Of a stretch of 64,000 nucleotides of DNA, positions 18,607-30,400 are shown piece after piece. The position numbers and the translations under genes were made by a program. The notes under the pieces were generated by a model. That model ran no database searches. It saw only the letters and a list, made by a program, of their open reading frames with translations, and was not told the origin of the DNA. Each line of letters starts with the position of its first letter. The first letter of the stretch is position 1. The stretch is from sequence record SRR31156797_416. One strand, written 5' to 3'.

Positions 18607-21600
18607 ATGAAAAACCTAATACTATTATTCATGTTGTTTTTTGCCATAAGCAGTATAGCGCAGGAAACTCACACAATTGATTTTGAGACTCCGGGTACCG
18701 GTTCCGACTGGGAATGGGTCATGGAACAAAATGGTACCAACCCACCGCTTGAATTTATTGCTAACCCCGTAAGTGGTGGAATTAATACCAGTGCTACCGT
18801 TGCAAAGTTTACCGCCCTGCAAAGTGGTCAGCCGTGGGCGTTAACATATACGGATGATGATGGACAATTTGAATTTGACGCTACAAATTCACTGGTGAAA
18901 ATCATGGTTTATAAAGATGTCATAAGTCCTGTAGCCATTAAGTTTGAAGGTCTTAGCCCTGCAGTTGAAATTCAGGTTTCAAATACCTTAACCGGCCAGT
19001 GGGAGGAGCTCGAGTTCGATTTTTCGGGTTCAATTGGAAATACCTATAGCAGGTTAATTGTAATCCCGGATTTTGTAGCAAGAACCCAGGATAATGTCAT
19101 TTATTTCGATAATATCCAGGTTCCTGATGGTGAAGAAGTTGGGCCATTGCCAGAACCAACCGATGTTCCTCCTGTTCCCGATCACGAACCGGAAGATGTA
19201 TTATCATTTTATACTGAAGTTTACGACAATCTGCCGGGCATCAACTTTAACCCGTTTTGGGGGCAATCAACTGTTGTAACACTTAACTATCCTGCTGCAG
19301 GAAATAATACCCTTAAATATGAGAACCTGAATTACCAGGGAACGGAGTTTCCAAGTCAGGATGTGTCATTATTCGAAAAATTCCATCTTGATTTTTGGAC
19401 CCCTAATTCCACAGTATTGAAGTTTTTCCTCATCAGCCCCGGACCCAATGAATCATTTGTTGAGCTACCCATTAGCCAGGAAGAGTGGGTGAGTGTGGAT
19501 TTGGATTTGGAAGACTTTGTGCCTCCGGTTGACCTTACAGATGTGTTTCAATTCAAGGTTGAAGGAAATGGTACGGTTTATTTTGATAACTGGTATTTCT
19601 GGAAGGAACCCACAGCTCAGGGATCTGATGCTACGTTAAGCGATCTGAAAGTAGACGGCGAAACAATTCCGGGGTTTTCGCCACTGGTTCTGAACTATAC
19701 CTATGAATTGCCAAATGGTACCACAACGGTTCCAACTGTTACTGTCACAACAAATGATCAGAATGCAACTGCAGTAGTATATCCCCCGTTCACCGTTCCC
19801 GGCACAACGCTGGTTGTTGTTACAGCAGAAGATGAAACAACTACACTAAACTATTCTGTTGAGTTTGTTGTTGCCGGCCCGGAACCTACCACAGCACCTG
19901 ATCCGCCGACCCACCCGGAAGTCGATGTATTATCTTTTTACAGCGAGGCATATACCAATGTGGAAGGGATAAATTTTGATCCATTCTGGGGCCAGCAAAC
20001 CGAAGTAACACTGGACTATACAATAGCAGGTAATAATACATTGTTGTATGAGAACCTGGATTTTCAGGGAACTGAATTTCCACCGCAGGATGTTTCAGGA
20101 TATGATTACCTGCATGTTGATTTTTGGACATCAAATTCAAGCGAGCTGCTGTTTTTCCTGATCAGTCCTGGCCCGCAACAAGACGCCTGGCAGCTGGAAA
20201 TCACCCCGGACACCTGGAACAGTGTTGATATTCCTGTCGAACATTATAGCAGTGTGGTGGACCTGACAGAAGTATTCCAGTTTATGGTTACAGGAAACGG
20301 AGACGTATGGTTTGATAACTGGTATTTTTGGAGAGAGCCCATAAATCCGCAAGCTGATGCTACACTAAGCGACCTTATGGTTGACGGAGAGACCGTACCG
20401 GGATTCTCACCTTCAACTTATGATTACAGTGTGGAACTGCCATTTGGAACTACTGAGGTACCTGAGGTAACTGCTATTCCAACATATGCCGGAGCCGAAT
20501 TTGATATTTTTGATGCTACGGAATTGCCAGGAACTACCGAAGTAGTCGTAACCAGCGCAGATGGCACAAACACACTGACCTATTCGGTTGAATTCACCGT
20601 AGGGCCGGAAACACCGGTATCCGATTACTGTTATACGGAAGTATTCCATTTTGGTGGCGACCCGACCTCAGCAATTTACCTGACCATTGCAAACCTCGAC
20701 GCTAACTCAATGATCGTTGAAATCGAATCTGCCGATGATGACCCTGTTGACCTGTTACTGGTAAATGGCGGAAGTGGCGCCATGATTTCCGATGAAGATA
20801 CACTGGTTCCGGGTACAATCAGCAGAACATTATCCTGGGCAGATGATCCACCAGCCGATGTTACCCTTAACGTACTGTGGAGTAAAGACTCATTTGGTGG
20901 AAACTGGCAGTTGAGCGAAGGTGATATCACCGTGCCTTTTGCAGCAGAATGTGAATTTATCGGGCCACCGCCGGTAACCTTCTTCCCGGAGGATGGCGAT
21001 TCACTGGTGTCACTGGGTGTTAACCCAACACTTACATTTTCAACAGGTGTAGAAATGGCAGATGGAAGCGAGCTTACAAATGCTGATATTCCCGGGCTAC
21101 TTACGTTTACTGAAGACGATGAAAACGGGCAGGCCGTTGTATATTCGGCAACGATAAACACCGAAAAAACAATGATAACGATTGTTCCTGATGGTGACCT
21201 GGCCGGTGAACAACTATATTATCTTGCACTTGGAAACGAATTAATCAGGTTGCAGGACAGCGTTTTAATTGCTGAAGAAAGCGTAACTTTTACAACAGAA
21301 GTAGCCCCCAAGCCTTACCTTGAAATCGATGTGCAGGATAATTTTGAGGATGACGGATATGCAACCATCGACGATTGGAAATTCCAGGATAGTGAAAATT
21401 TGGTCGATCTTATTGTAATTGAGGATCCCACAAACCCCGGGAATCATGTGGCTGATTATAACCGTTCAGGTAATTTCTTATACACAAATGCGCAGGTTAT
21501 TCTTGACCACCGCATGGACCTCACCGAGCGCAATGCGTTTGAACTCAGGGTTTATTTCCCTTCATCAAATAATTATGGCGGACCGCTCACGGATACCGCT

Positions 21601-23292
21601 GCAATTAAGCTGCAAAACAGTTTGCTTGGTGCAAATGCATACACTACGCAAACAGAAGTACTCATGCCGGTAACTATATTTGATAATTGGCAAACACTGG
21701 TATTCGATTTTAGTGCAGTTGCTGACAGCATGAACTACGACCAGATTGTGGTACAATTGGGTGGCGAAAATCATCTCGAAGCTGCCCAGTTTTACTTTGA
21801 TGACCTCGTATTGCTGGACGGCGGACCAAGGGTCAATTTCTCCGCAACACCATTGAGTGGAAATGCCCCGCTTACCGTTCAGTTTACTGCTGAAGCTAAT
21901 TTTGCTGCCACACAGTGGCAGTGGGATTTCGACAATGACGGAACGGTGGATGCCACTGTTCAAAATCCGGAATATACTTACACAACGCCGGGCATTTACT
22001 CGGTAAAACTATTTGCAAGAAATCCGTTTATAGGCAATGATGAGGAAATAAAGGAAAACTATATTACGGTTGAGGCAGAGACAATGCTCCAGACTTTGGA
22101 TTTGCCTGCCGGCTGGAGCGGAATCTCCAGTTATGTGGTTCCCGCTGATGTTTCCATCGAAAGCATTTTCGGGCCGTTGGCTGATGATATAGAAATCATC
22201 ATTGGAGAAAATGGTATGTACTTCCCTTCACAGGGTATTAACACCCTGATTGATTGGGATGCCCAGGTCGGTTATATGATCAAAATGCTGAATGATGCTG
22301 AAGTGGAGTTCTCCGGAATAGAAGCTGCTTCACGTACGCTTGCTCTCCCCGCAGGATGGTCAGTTGTTCCTGTAACTGTTGATTGTGAAGTGAATGCTGA
22401 GGATTTGTTTGCAGCTTATCCGGAGGTTTTGGTTGTGAAAGATGTTGCAGGTGGTGGTGTATACTGGCCTGAGAAGACCATCAATACCATTCAAACGTTA
22501 AAACCAGGCCATGCCTACTATATCTTGACCACAGAAGCGGTAGAAATTTCCTATCCTGAATGTGTGGACGGGTATCAGCTTAAATGGTCCGATGACTTCA
22601 ACTGAAATCAGGTAAACCAGGATTTCTGGTCTTACGATGTTGGTGATTGGGGTTGGGGCAATGGCGAATTGCAGAATTACACCAATGGCGATAACGTAGA
22701 GATCGTTGATGGAAAGCTGGTGATAACAGCAGAACTGGTTGATAATAACTATCAACCGGGTTCATATACTTCAGCCAGGCTTAAAACCGAAGGCAAAGTG
22801 GAATATCAGTATGGCAGGATGGTAGCGAGACTCAGGCTGCCTGCAGGTACCGGTGTTTGGCCTGCATTCTGGATGCTGGGGAGTAACTTCGGTTCTGTGG
22901 GATGGCCCATGTGTGGCGAAATGGATATTATGGAATATGTAGGTTTTGAGCCTAATACCACACATTCATATGTACATATGCAGGATGGTTTTGGTGGCGG
23001 TGGAATTGGAAACAGTATAAGCGTTGAAACCTGCGAGGAGGCTTTCCATATTTACGGTCTGGACTGGACCGAAGATGCACTGGTGTTTTGGGTGGATGAA
23101 CCGGATAATGTGGTTCATACTTACGCACCCGAGGTGAAAACTCCTGAAAACTGGCCCTTTGACCAACCGGCTTTTTTTATCGTGAATTTAGCTATTGGTG
23201 GAACGTGGGGTGGAGCACAGGGTATCGATAATTCCATCTTCCCGCAAAGTATGGAAGTAGATTATGTAAAAGTTTATCAAAAAACAGAATAA
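18607..23292 (+). CDS. Large multimodular GH16 beta-glucanase (1561 codons) interrupted by an in-frame TGA at 22603-22605
   Basis: ...YQLKWSDDFN*NQVNQDFWSYDVGDWGWGNGELQNYT continues in frame into the 22669-23292 ORF (WPAFWML, EMDIME). The upstream part has a signal peptide and CBM-like, cadherin-like, Ig-like and PKD modules. Confidence 0.8.
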
Positions 23293-23318
23293 AGTATCAT
23301 TTGGGGAACAGGATAATA

Positions 23319-23376
23319 CGATCAACTGCCGGGCCATGCATAATTGTAACCGCTGGCCTGGTTTTGATCGGTTTTC
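23319..23376 (+). terminator. Long imperfect intergenic hairpin (possible terminator or stabiliser)
   Basis: CGATCAA..CCGGGCCA / TGGCCTGG..TTGATCG followed by GTTTT. Confidence 0.45.
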
Positions 23377-23431
23377 CTAACCTGTAAAACAGCAGTTGTT
23401 TTTCTATTTACTAACCTAATATTTAAAAACT

Positions 23432-26400
23432 ATGAAGAATGTTTTATTTTTTTTATTGATGTTTTGTGTTACGGGCATTTTTGCCCAGCCAACACATACA
23501 ATTGACTTTGAACCCGGTGGAACCGGGTCCGACTGGGAATGGATAGTTACCGAAAACGGTGAAAATCCTCCATTGGAATTTGTGGCCAATCCTGATGACG
23601 GAGGCCCAAATGCCAGCGCCACAGCAGCAATGTTTACTGCAAAAATGGGTGGGCAATCCTATGCCCTGACCTTTACAGATGATAATGGTGAATTTACCTT
23701 TGATGCTGATAATGCCATGGTGTCAATTATGGTGTATAAATCAAGGGTTAGCCCTGTTGCCGTGAAATTTGAAGGATTGAGCCCGGCAAAAGAAATCCAG
23801 GTAAGCAATACCTTAACCGGACAGTGGGAATTGCTGGAATTTGACTTTACTGAGGTTATTGGCAGTACCTACAACCGTTTAGTAATCATTCCTGATTTTG
23901 AGGCACGTGCCGAGGATCAGATTGTGTATTTTGATAATATCATGATACCGGAAGGGGTAATCAATGTTTTGCCCGAACCTACAGATACGCCACCTGTTCC
24001 ACCTCATGCCGAGGAAGATGTTATTTCAATCTATACTGAGGTTTATCCAAATGTTGCCGGAACAGATTTTAACCCAAACTGGGGCCAATCTACCACGGTT
24101 ACTGTGAATTATGAAGCTGCCGGAAACAACACCATCAAATATGAAAACCTGAACTACCAGGGTACACAATATGCCAACTTGGATGTTTCGGATTATAAGT
24201 TTATCCATGTGGATTTTTGGACACCAAACTCTACTGTGCTTAATTTTTATGTGATTAGCCCGGGTAATGAAACGCCTTATGCGCTCCCAATTGAAGCGGA
24301 AACATGGGTAAGTGTTGATATCGAACTGGCAGATTATGTGCCGCCTGTAAACCTTGCAGATGTATTTCAGTTTAAAGTGGATGGCAACGGTACCGTGTAT
24401 TTCGACAACTGGTATTTTTGGAAAGAGCCCTATAATCCTGACAATGATGCTACATTGAGCGACCTGCAGGTTGATGGAGAAACCGTTGACGGTTTTTCAC
24501 CTTCTACACTGATTTATGATGTGGAACTACCGTTGGGAACAGTTGATGTTCCTGTTGTTACAGCTACTCCCACTGTTGAGGGTGTTGAAGCAGTTGTGAA
24601 CCCGGCAGGATCATTGCCCGGAACAACTGAGGTTGTTGTAACTGCACTGGATGGTGAGACACAGCAGACCTATCAGGTAAATTTCACCGTTGCCCAGGAA
24701 ACACCTGAGTCTGAGTATTGTGAAACCATCGTTTACCACTTTGGTATTGAGGCTATCGTAGAATCTGCAGTATATCTTACGATTACCAATCAGGATGCAA
24801 ATACAGTATTTGTTGAAATCGAATCGGCCGGGGATTCACCGGTTGACCTGCTTATCGTAACCGGTGAAAGTGGCGCTGCCATTTCAGGAGAGGATTTTTC
24901 AGTTCCTGGTAAGATCAGCCGGACCATGACCTGGGATACGCCTCCCGAAGATGTTGAACTGAATATTTTGTGGAGTTTCGAAGATTTTGAAGGCAACTGG
25001 CAACTCAGTGAGCAACCTATCTTCGTTCCGTTTGATGCCGCTTGTGCACCTCCCGGACCAACGATGATCACCTTTAGGGTGGATATGTCAGAATATGAAG
25101 GAACATTTACCAATGTTTATGTAAGCGGTTCTTTCAACGGCTGGTCAGGCGATGCCTATCAATTACTTGACCCCGGCATGGATGATGTTTATGAAGGGGA
25201 ATTCGAAATACCCGATGGAAACTATGAATACAAATTCACATTGGATAACTGGGCTGTGCAGGAAGAATTTAACGGGAGTGAACCTTGTGTGATCACAATT
25301 GATGGGTTTAACAACAGGGAACTTATCGTTGATGGCTCTGAAGTATTGCCGGCATACTGCTGGAATAGCTGTTTTGAATGCGGTATGGCGCCGATTGATG
25401 TTACTTTTAGTGTGGATATGAGCAACTACCAGGGCAATTTCGAAAATGTTTATCTGAGTGGGTCATTCAATGGCTGGTGTGGAGATTGCAACATGATGGA
25501 AGATCCGGAGTTTGATGGCATTTACGAAACTACCATCACGGTTTTTCCTGGCAATTACGAGTATAAATTTACCCTCGATAACTGGTCAGCTCAGGAGCAA
25601 TTCGTTGGCGGTGAATCATGTACGATCGAAAGCGGTGGTTTTGTAAACCGTTATATCGAGGTAACCGAAACTACGGTAGTTCCAACTGTTTGCTGGAATC
25701 TTTGCGAACCATGCCCCGAACCTGTTGATGTGACCTTCAGTGTTGATATGTCGCAGTTTGATGGCAATTACACCAATGTTTACATCAGTGGTTCACTCAA
25801 TGGATGGTGTGGCGATTGCAATCAAATGACCGATCCCGATATGGATATGGTTTATGAAATTACACTTTCACTCGTTCCGGGTGCTTATGAATATAAATTC
25901 ACCCTCGACAACTGGAGCGTACAGGAAGAATTTGAAGGCGGTGAGCCATGCACTGTCACAAACGGTGGTTTTACAAACCGTTATGTTGAAGTTGAAGAAT
26001 CAGGAGCTTTACCACTGGTGTGCTGGAACTATTGTGATGTTTGTCCGGATTACCTGGCCGGCTGGAGAGGTATTTCAAGCAACCTGATGCAGGAAAGCAA
26101 GGCTTCTCTGGAAGAAGTTTTTGAACCCATTATTGATGACGTAGTGATTTTGGTTAGCAACGATGGTATTTTCTGGCCTGGCTATAACATCAATACCATT
26201 GGCGATTGGGATACCTATAAAGGCTATAAGATTAAATTTGCTGATGATGTATGGTTCGAATTCGATGGTGTTCCTGTAGAAGATAAAACGGTTGCCCTCG
26301 AAGCAGGATCACATTACATTCCTGTTCTGAGCGATGAACCAGTACTCGTTAACGATGTGCTTGCTCCACATGCTGATGCAATTGTATTTGCATATGATAT

Positions 26401-27178
26401 GACCCAGGGTGCAATTTACTGGCCTGAGGGTGGCATTGTGCCAGGTGTTCCGGGTGCTTTGGAAGTGCTTGAACCAGGTTATGCTTATTATTTGCTTACC
26501 AGCGATGCAGTTGTGCTCGATTTTGGAATGGAAACCAAAAAATCAGTTGAAGAAAATAGCATTCAGTCAGTGGAATATCCTGATGGATGGAATACGGTCT
26601 CCGCAACTGGAAGCCAGCATATTATTTCTGTAAATACAGCTTCATTGGCTGCCGGTGATGTGATCGGTGTATTCAATCAGGATAACGTTTGTACCGGAAT
26701 AGCACAGTATTCAGGTTCTGGTGAAATGATGCCACTGGTTGTCAGGGGTGATGACCAAACCACCGAAGTTGTTGATGGAATGATAAATTCAGAAATGATG
26801 TCATACAGAATTTACAGCAATGGCATCGAAGAATCTGTTCAGGCTGTTTACGATCTGACATTCAGCCATGATGGTGTGTTTGTTGAAAATGGCCTGTCCA
26901 TCATTAACGAATTTAAAGCTGGTGCAACCGGTATTGGAGATTCGGAAACCGCGGCCTTTAATATTTATCCAAATCCGAACAGCGGACAATTCACCATCCG
27001 GGTCGCTGGAAATGCCATCTATGATGTTGTGGTACTGAATGTTCAGGGCCAGCAGGTTTATACCGCCAGCCTTAATGGAAATTCAGGCATTAACCTGGGC
27101 AATCAGCCAAAGGGTGTGTATTTTGTACAGCTTTCCAGTGCCGCTTCAGTAACCATGCAAAAAATCGTTGTTGAATAA
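23432..27178 (+). CDS. T9SS-secreted non-catalytic multimodular protein with three Cys-rich CBM20/48-like repeats
   Basis: Signal peptide, N-terminal half paralogous to the 18607 protein, three VTFSVDMS..GSFNGW..YEYKF repeats, C-terminal IYPNPN...GVYFV...KIVVE. Confidence 0.8.
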   Translation: MKNVLFFLLMFCVTGIFAQPTHTIDFEPGGTGSDWEWIVTENGENPPLEFVANPDDGGPNASATAAMFTAKMGGQSYALTFTDDNGEFTFDADNAMVSIMVYKSRVSPVAVKFEGLSPAKEIQVSNTLTGQWELLEFDFTEVIGSTYNRLVIIPDFEARAEDQIVYFDNIMIPEGVINVLPEPTDTPPVPPHAEEDVISIYTEVYPNVAGTDFNPNWGQSTTVTVNYEAAGNNTIKYENLNYQGTQYANLDVSDYKFIHVDFWTPNSTVLNFYVISPGNETPYALPIEAETWVSVDIELADYVPPVNLADVFQFKVDGNGTVYFDNWYFWKEPYNPDNDATLSDLQVDGETVDGFSPSTLIYDVELPLGTVDVPVVTATPTVEGVEAVVNPAGSLPGTTEVVVTALDGETQQTYQVNFTVAQETPESEYCETIVYHFGIEAIVESAVYLTITNQDANTVFVEIESAGDSPVDLLIVTGESGAAISGEDFSVPGKISRTMTWDTPPEDVELNILWSFEDFEGNWQLSEQPIFVPFDAACAPPGPTMITFRVDMSEYEGTFTNVYVSGSFNGWSGDAYQLLDPGMDDVYEGEFEIPDGNYEYKFTLDNWAVQEEFNGSEPCVITIDGFNNRELIVDGSEVLPAYCWNSCFECGMAPIDVTFSVDMSNYQGNFENVYLSGSFNGWCGDCNMMEDPEFDGIYETTITVFPGNYEYKFTLDNWSAQEQFVGGESCTIESGGFVNRYIEVTETTVVPTVCWNLCEPCPEPVDVTFSVDMSQFDGNYTNVYISGSLNGWCGDCNQMTDPDMDMVYEITLSLVPGAYEYKFTLDNWSVQEEFEGGEPCTVTNGGFTNRYVEVEESGALPLVCWNYCDVCPDYLAGWRGISSNLMQESKASLEEVFEPIIDDVVILVSNDGIFWPGYNINTIGDWDTYKGYKIKFADDVWFEFDGVPVEDKTVALEAGSHYIPVLSDEPVLVNDVLAPHADAIVFAYDMTQGAIYWPEGGIVPGVPGALEVLEPGYAYYLLTSDAVVLDFGMETKKSVEENSIQSVEYPDGWNTVSATGSQHIISVNTASLAAGDVIGVFNQDNVCTGIAQYSGSGEMMPLVVRGDDQTTEVVDGMINSEMMSYRIYSNGIEESVQAVYDLTFSHDGVFVENGLSIINEFKAGATGIGDSETAAFNIYPNPNSGQFTIRVAGNAIYDVVVLNVQGQQVYTASLNGNSGINLGNQPKGVYFVQLSSAASVTMQKIVVE
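25064..26047 (+). repeat. Three tandem ~110-aa modules
   Basis: TF(R/S)VDMS-x-VYxSGSxNGW-x-YEYKFTLDNW-x-QE-x-C-x-GFxNR-x-CWNxCxxC in each copy. Confidence 0.9.
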
Positions 27179-27228
27179 TTGTGTAGAATAATGATTACCA
27201 GTATATAGTTCTCATGTATTTGAATTTT

Positions 27229-27269
27229 AAGGGGTATGCCATTGCGATTGCATGCGCATACCCCTTTTT
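27229..27269 (+). terminator. Intrinsic terminator
   Basis: AAGGGGTATGC/GCATACCCCTT stem followed by a T run. Confidence 0.75.
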
Positions 27270-27497
27270 CAATTTGATCATAAAATATCACTAATCGGTA
27301 AGATTTTTAACTTAGCCCATCTCCATTAGACCAATGCATCCGGACAGGCTATCCTTTGCAGGGGAGGGGGGAGTGGCCGCAATGCCGATTTGTTGTTTAA
27401 ACCTGTGGGAAGATATTTTCCCACCTCAATTAAGCTTGCTGGGCTTTAAAATCAGTAAGCAGCCAACTATCTTAACTTTTACTGACATTAATCTTAT

Positions 27498-30400
27498 ATG
27501 AAAAACCTTCAAAAAGTACCACGCAGATCACTTGGTATAATAGTGCTCATGCTTTTATTTTTCCAGCAGGTCCACCCGCAAATAGTTCCTGTTGGAAACG
27601 GGAGTTATACCACGGTATTTCCGGGTGTTGATCCCGCCGGCCGAAATTCCTATCCTTCCGGCACACCCTATACTTCGGGTACGGCGGCTACAAAGCCGGT
27701 GCCGACAAATGACTGGTGGTCGGCGAAGGTTAAAGAACCGCATGTTAATAATATTTTTAACTACCCAATGGCATTGCGTACAATCAATGGTGGGCTGGTG
27801 GTGAGTTATATCGAAGCTCCATCAGGTCCTAACGGATCTTCCCAGCCTATGGATGACCAGTTACCCATTGTGGTCGGGGTAGAAGGCCTGAATGCCTCCA
27901 GTGCAACAGTCTCTGATTTTTCAGATTGGATGTTCACCATGAATTGGGCCAATGCATCCCACAACTTCAGTGCGTCAGCAGGGCTTGGTATGCCGTTTAT
28001 TTATTTTACAAAGAATTCCGGTGATGATGCCACGATAACCGTTAACGAAGGTTCACCAACGGTTTATGATGAAATGATCATTGTTGAAAATGCACATTAT
28101 GGTGCTGATTTCGCCATTTACGGGCCTGTGGGTTCAACCTGGAATCAAGCCGGAAACACTTATTCATCTTCATTAAGCAACAAAAACTACTGGTCAATAG
28201 CCTATCTTCCTCCATCGGGTGGAAGCCTGATTGACATGGCAAACCAGTATAAAAACCATGCTTATGTTTTTCCGGTAAATACATTAACCAACTGGGCTTA
28301 TGATGAAAGCACTTCTGTAGTTCGAACCGAATTTACCGTCGAAACCCAAATTATGGAAGGTTCAGGAACAACAGTTTTGTTAGGACTTTTACCACACCAG
28401 TGGAGCCATCTGGCACCTGATTCACCAACACCGGAGGGCTATACCTATCCTTCCATCAGAGGAACCATTAAAGTTTTGGAGAGTAACGAATTTTTTGTTG
28501 AAGATACGTTTTATGGCATATTACCCACACTTCCAAACCTGGTACATTACAGTCCCGGATTCAATCCAACCGCTTTACAGGAAAAAATTCAGCTCATTGA
28601 GAACGACGGGCTTGATCCATGGACCGACTCTTATAACGAAGGCCAGGTGATGAATCGCCTTATTCAAACCGCTCGTATTGTTGATTTAACAGGTAATACG
28701 GCGGGTAGGGATAAAATAATTGCCACCATCAAGGAACGCCTCGAAGACTGGCTCACAGCAGAAGAAGACGAAGTTGCTTTTATTTATTACTACAACTCCG
28801 ATTGGACTGCACTCATTGGTTATCCCGCAGGCCACGGACAGGATTACAACCTCAATGACCACCATTTCCACTGGGGATATTTTATCCATGCGGCAGCGTT
28901 TCTGGAACAGTTTCAGCCTGGCTGGGCAGAGGGCTGGGGCGAAATGATAGATCACCTGATCCGTGATGCCGCCTCAACAGACAGGGATGATCCTATGTTT
29001 CCTTTTCTACGGAACTTCAGTCCCTACGCCGGACATAGCTGGGCAAACGGGTTTGCTACTTTTCCTTTTGGAAACGACCAGGAATCTTCATCTGAAAGTA
29101 TGCAATTTGCTTCGTCATTGATCCATTGGGGAACGCTCACAGGTAATAATGAAATCCGTGAACTGGGTATTTATCTCTACACAACCGAACACACGGCAAT
29201 CGAAGAATACTGGTTCGATGAAAACGACCGGACCTTCAAACCGGAGTATGAATACAGGCTGGTTTCGAGAATTTGGGGAAATGGCTACGATAATCAAACG
29301 TTCTGGACTCCCGACATTGCTGCAGCCTATGGTATCGAACTCTATCCAATTCATGGCGGATCGCTGTATCTCGGCCAAAATCATGATTACATGCAGGAAC
29401 TTTGGACAGAAATGACCGAAAATACCGGGATATTGGAAAATCAACCTAACGATAATTTGTGGCATGATATCTATTGGCAGTATCTGGCTTTTATGGATCC
29501 GGAATGGGCCATCGAGCTTTACGATTCATACCCTGATCGCAATTTGAAATTTGGCGTTTCTGATGCCCAGACTTACTATTGGCTACATGCCATGAATGCC
29601 ACTGGCATGGTTGATCCGGAAGTTACGGCCAATTATCCTGTTGCTGCATCTTTTATAAATGAAGGCGAAAAGGTTTATGCTGCCCACAATTATCACACTG
29701 AACCCATCACCGTAGAATTCTCAGATGGCTATGAACTTGATGTTCCGGCAAGATCAATGGCCACGAGCAGGGATATTTCCATAACGGGCACCCTCAGTTC
29801 AAGTTTTTCGCAGGCTTTCGCCAATGGAAGTGTGGATTTGTTTGCAAGTATTGAGGGAGGTACGGCTTCAAAAGTTGTATTTTTTGATGGTGAGGATTTA
29901 CTGGCTGAAGTATTGGAGGCGCCCTACAACTATACGGCCACAAACCTGGTGGCAGGCAAGCATAACTTTTATACCAAAATTTATGATGGTCCAGATTATG
30001 CTATTTCGAATATTGTGACAGTAATAGCCGGACAGCAATTGCCTTACACCGGATCAATGTTTCAGATTCCCGGATCTGTTGAGCCAGGCCTGTATGATAA
30101 ATTTGAAGGTGGTGTTGCACAGGATGTCGCATACATCGATGTTTCGGTAGTTAACGAGGGAGGCTTTCGTCCTTTTGAATATGTGGATGCCCTGCTGGAT
30201 ATTAATGAAGGAGCAACCATTGGCTGGATATCTGCCGGGGAATGGCTCGAATATTCTCTACTTGTTGATCAACCCGGGTATTATTCATTTGATTTTAGGC
30301 ATGCTTCTGACAATCAGAATGGGGGAGGCCCTTTCCATCTCGAATTGGATGGCAATGTTATTTTGGATGAGATTACCACAAGTTATACCGGTGGTTGGGA

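Noticed and set aside
22603-22605. Selenocysteine at the GH16 TGA
   Set aside because: Not a Cys or redox position; it follows the WSDxFN motif, where a small loop residue is expected.
22669-23292. Independent 207-aa GH16 gene with a TTG start
   Set aside because: It starts mid-domain, has no signal peptide, and the missing N-terminal motifs are in frame upstream.
27360-27424. G-rich tract and GTGGGAA/TTCCCAC palindrome upstream of the GH81 gene
   Set aside because: Too few long G runs for a convincing quadruplex, and I saw no second copy of the palindrome.
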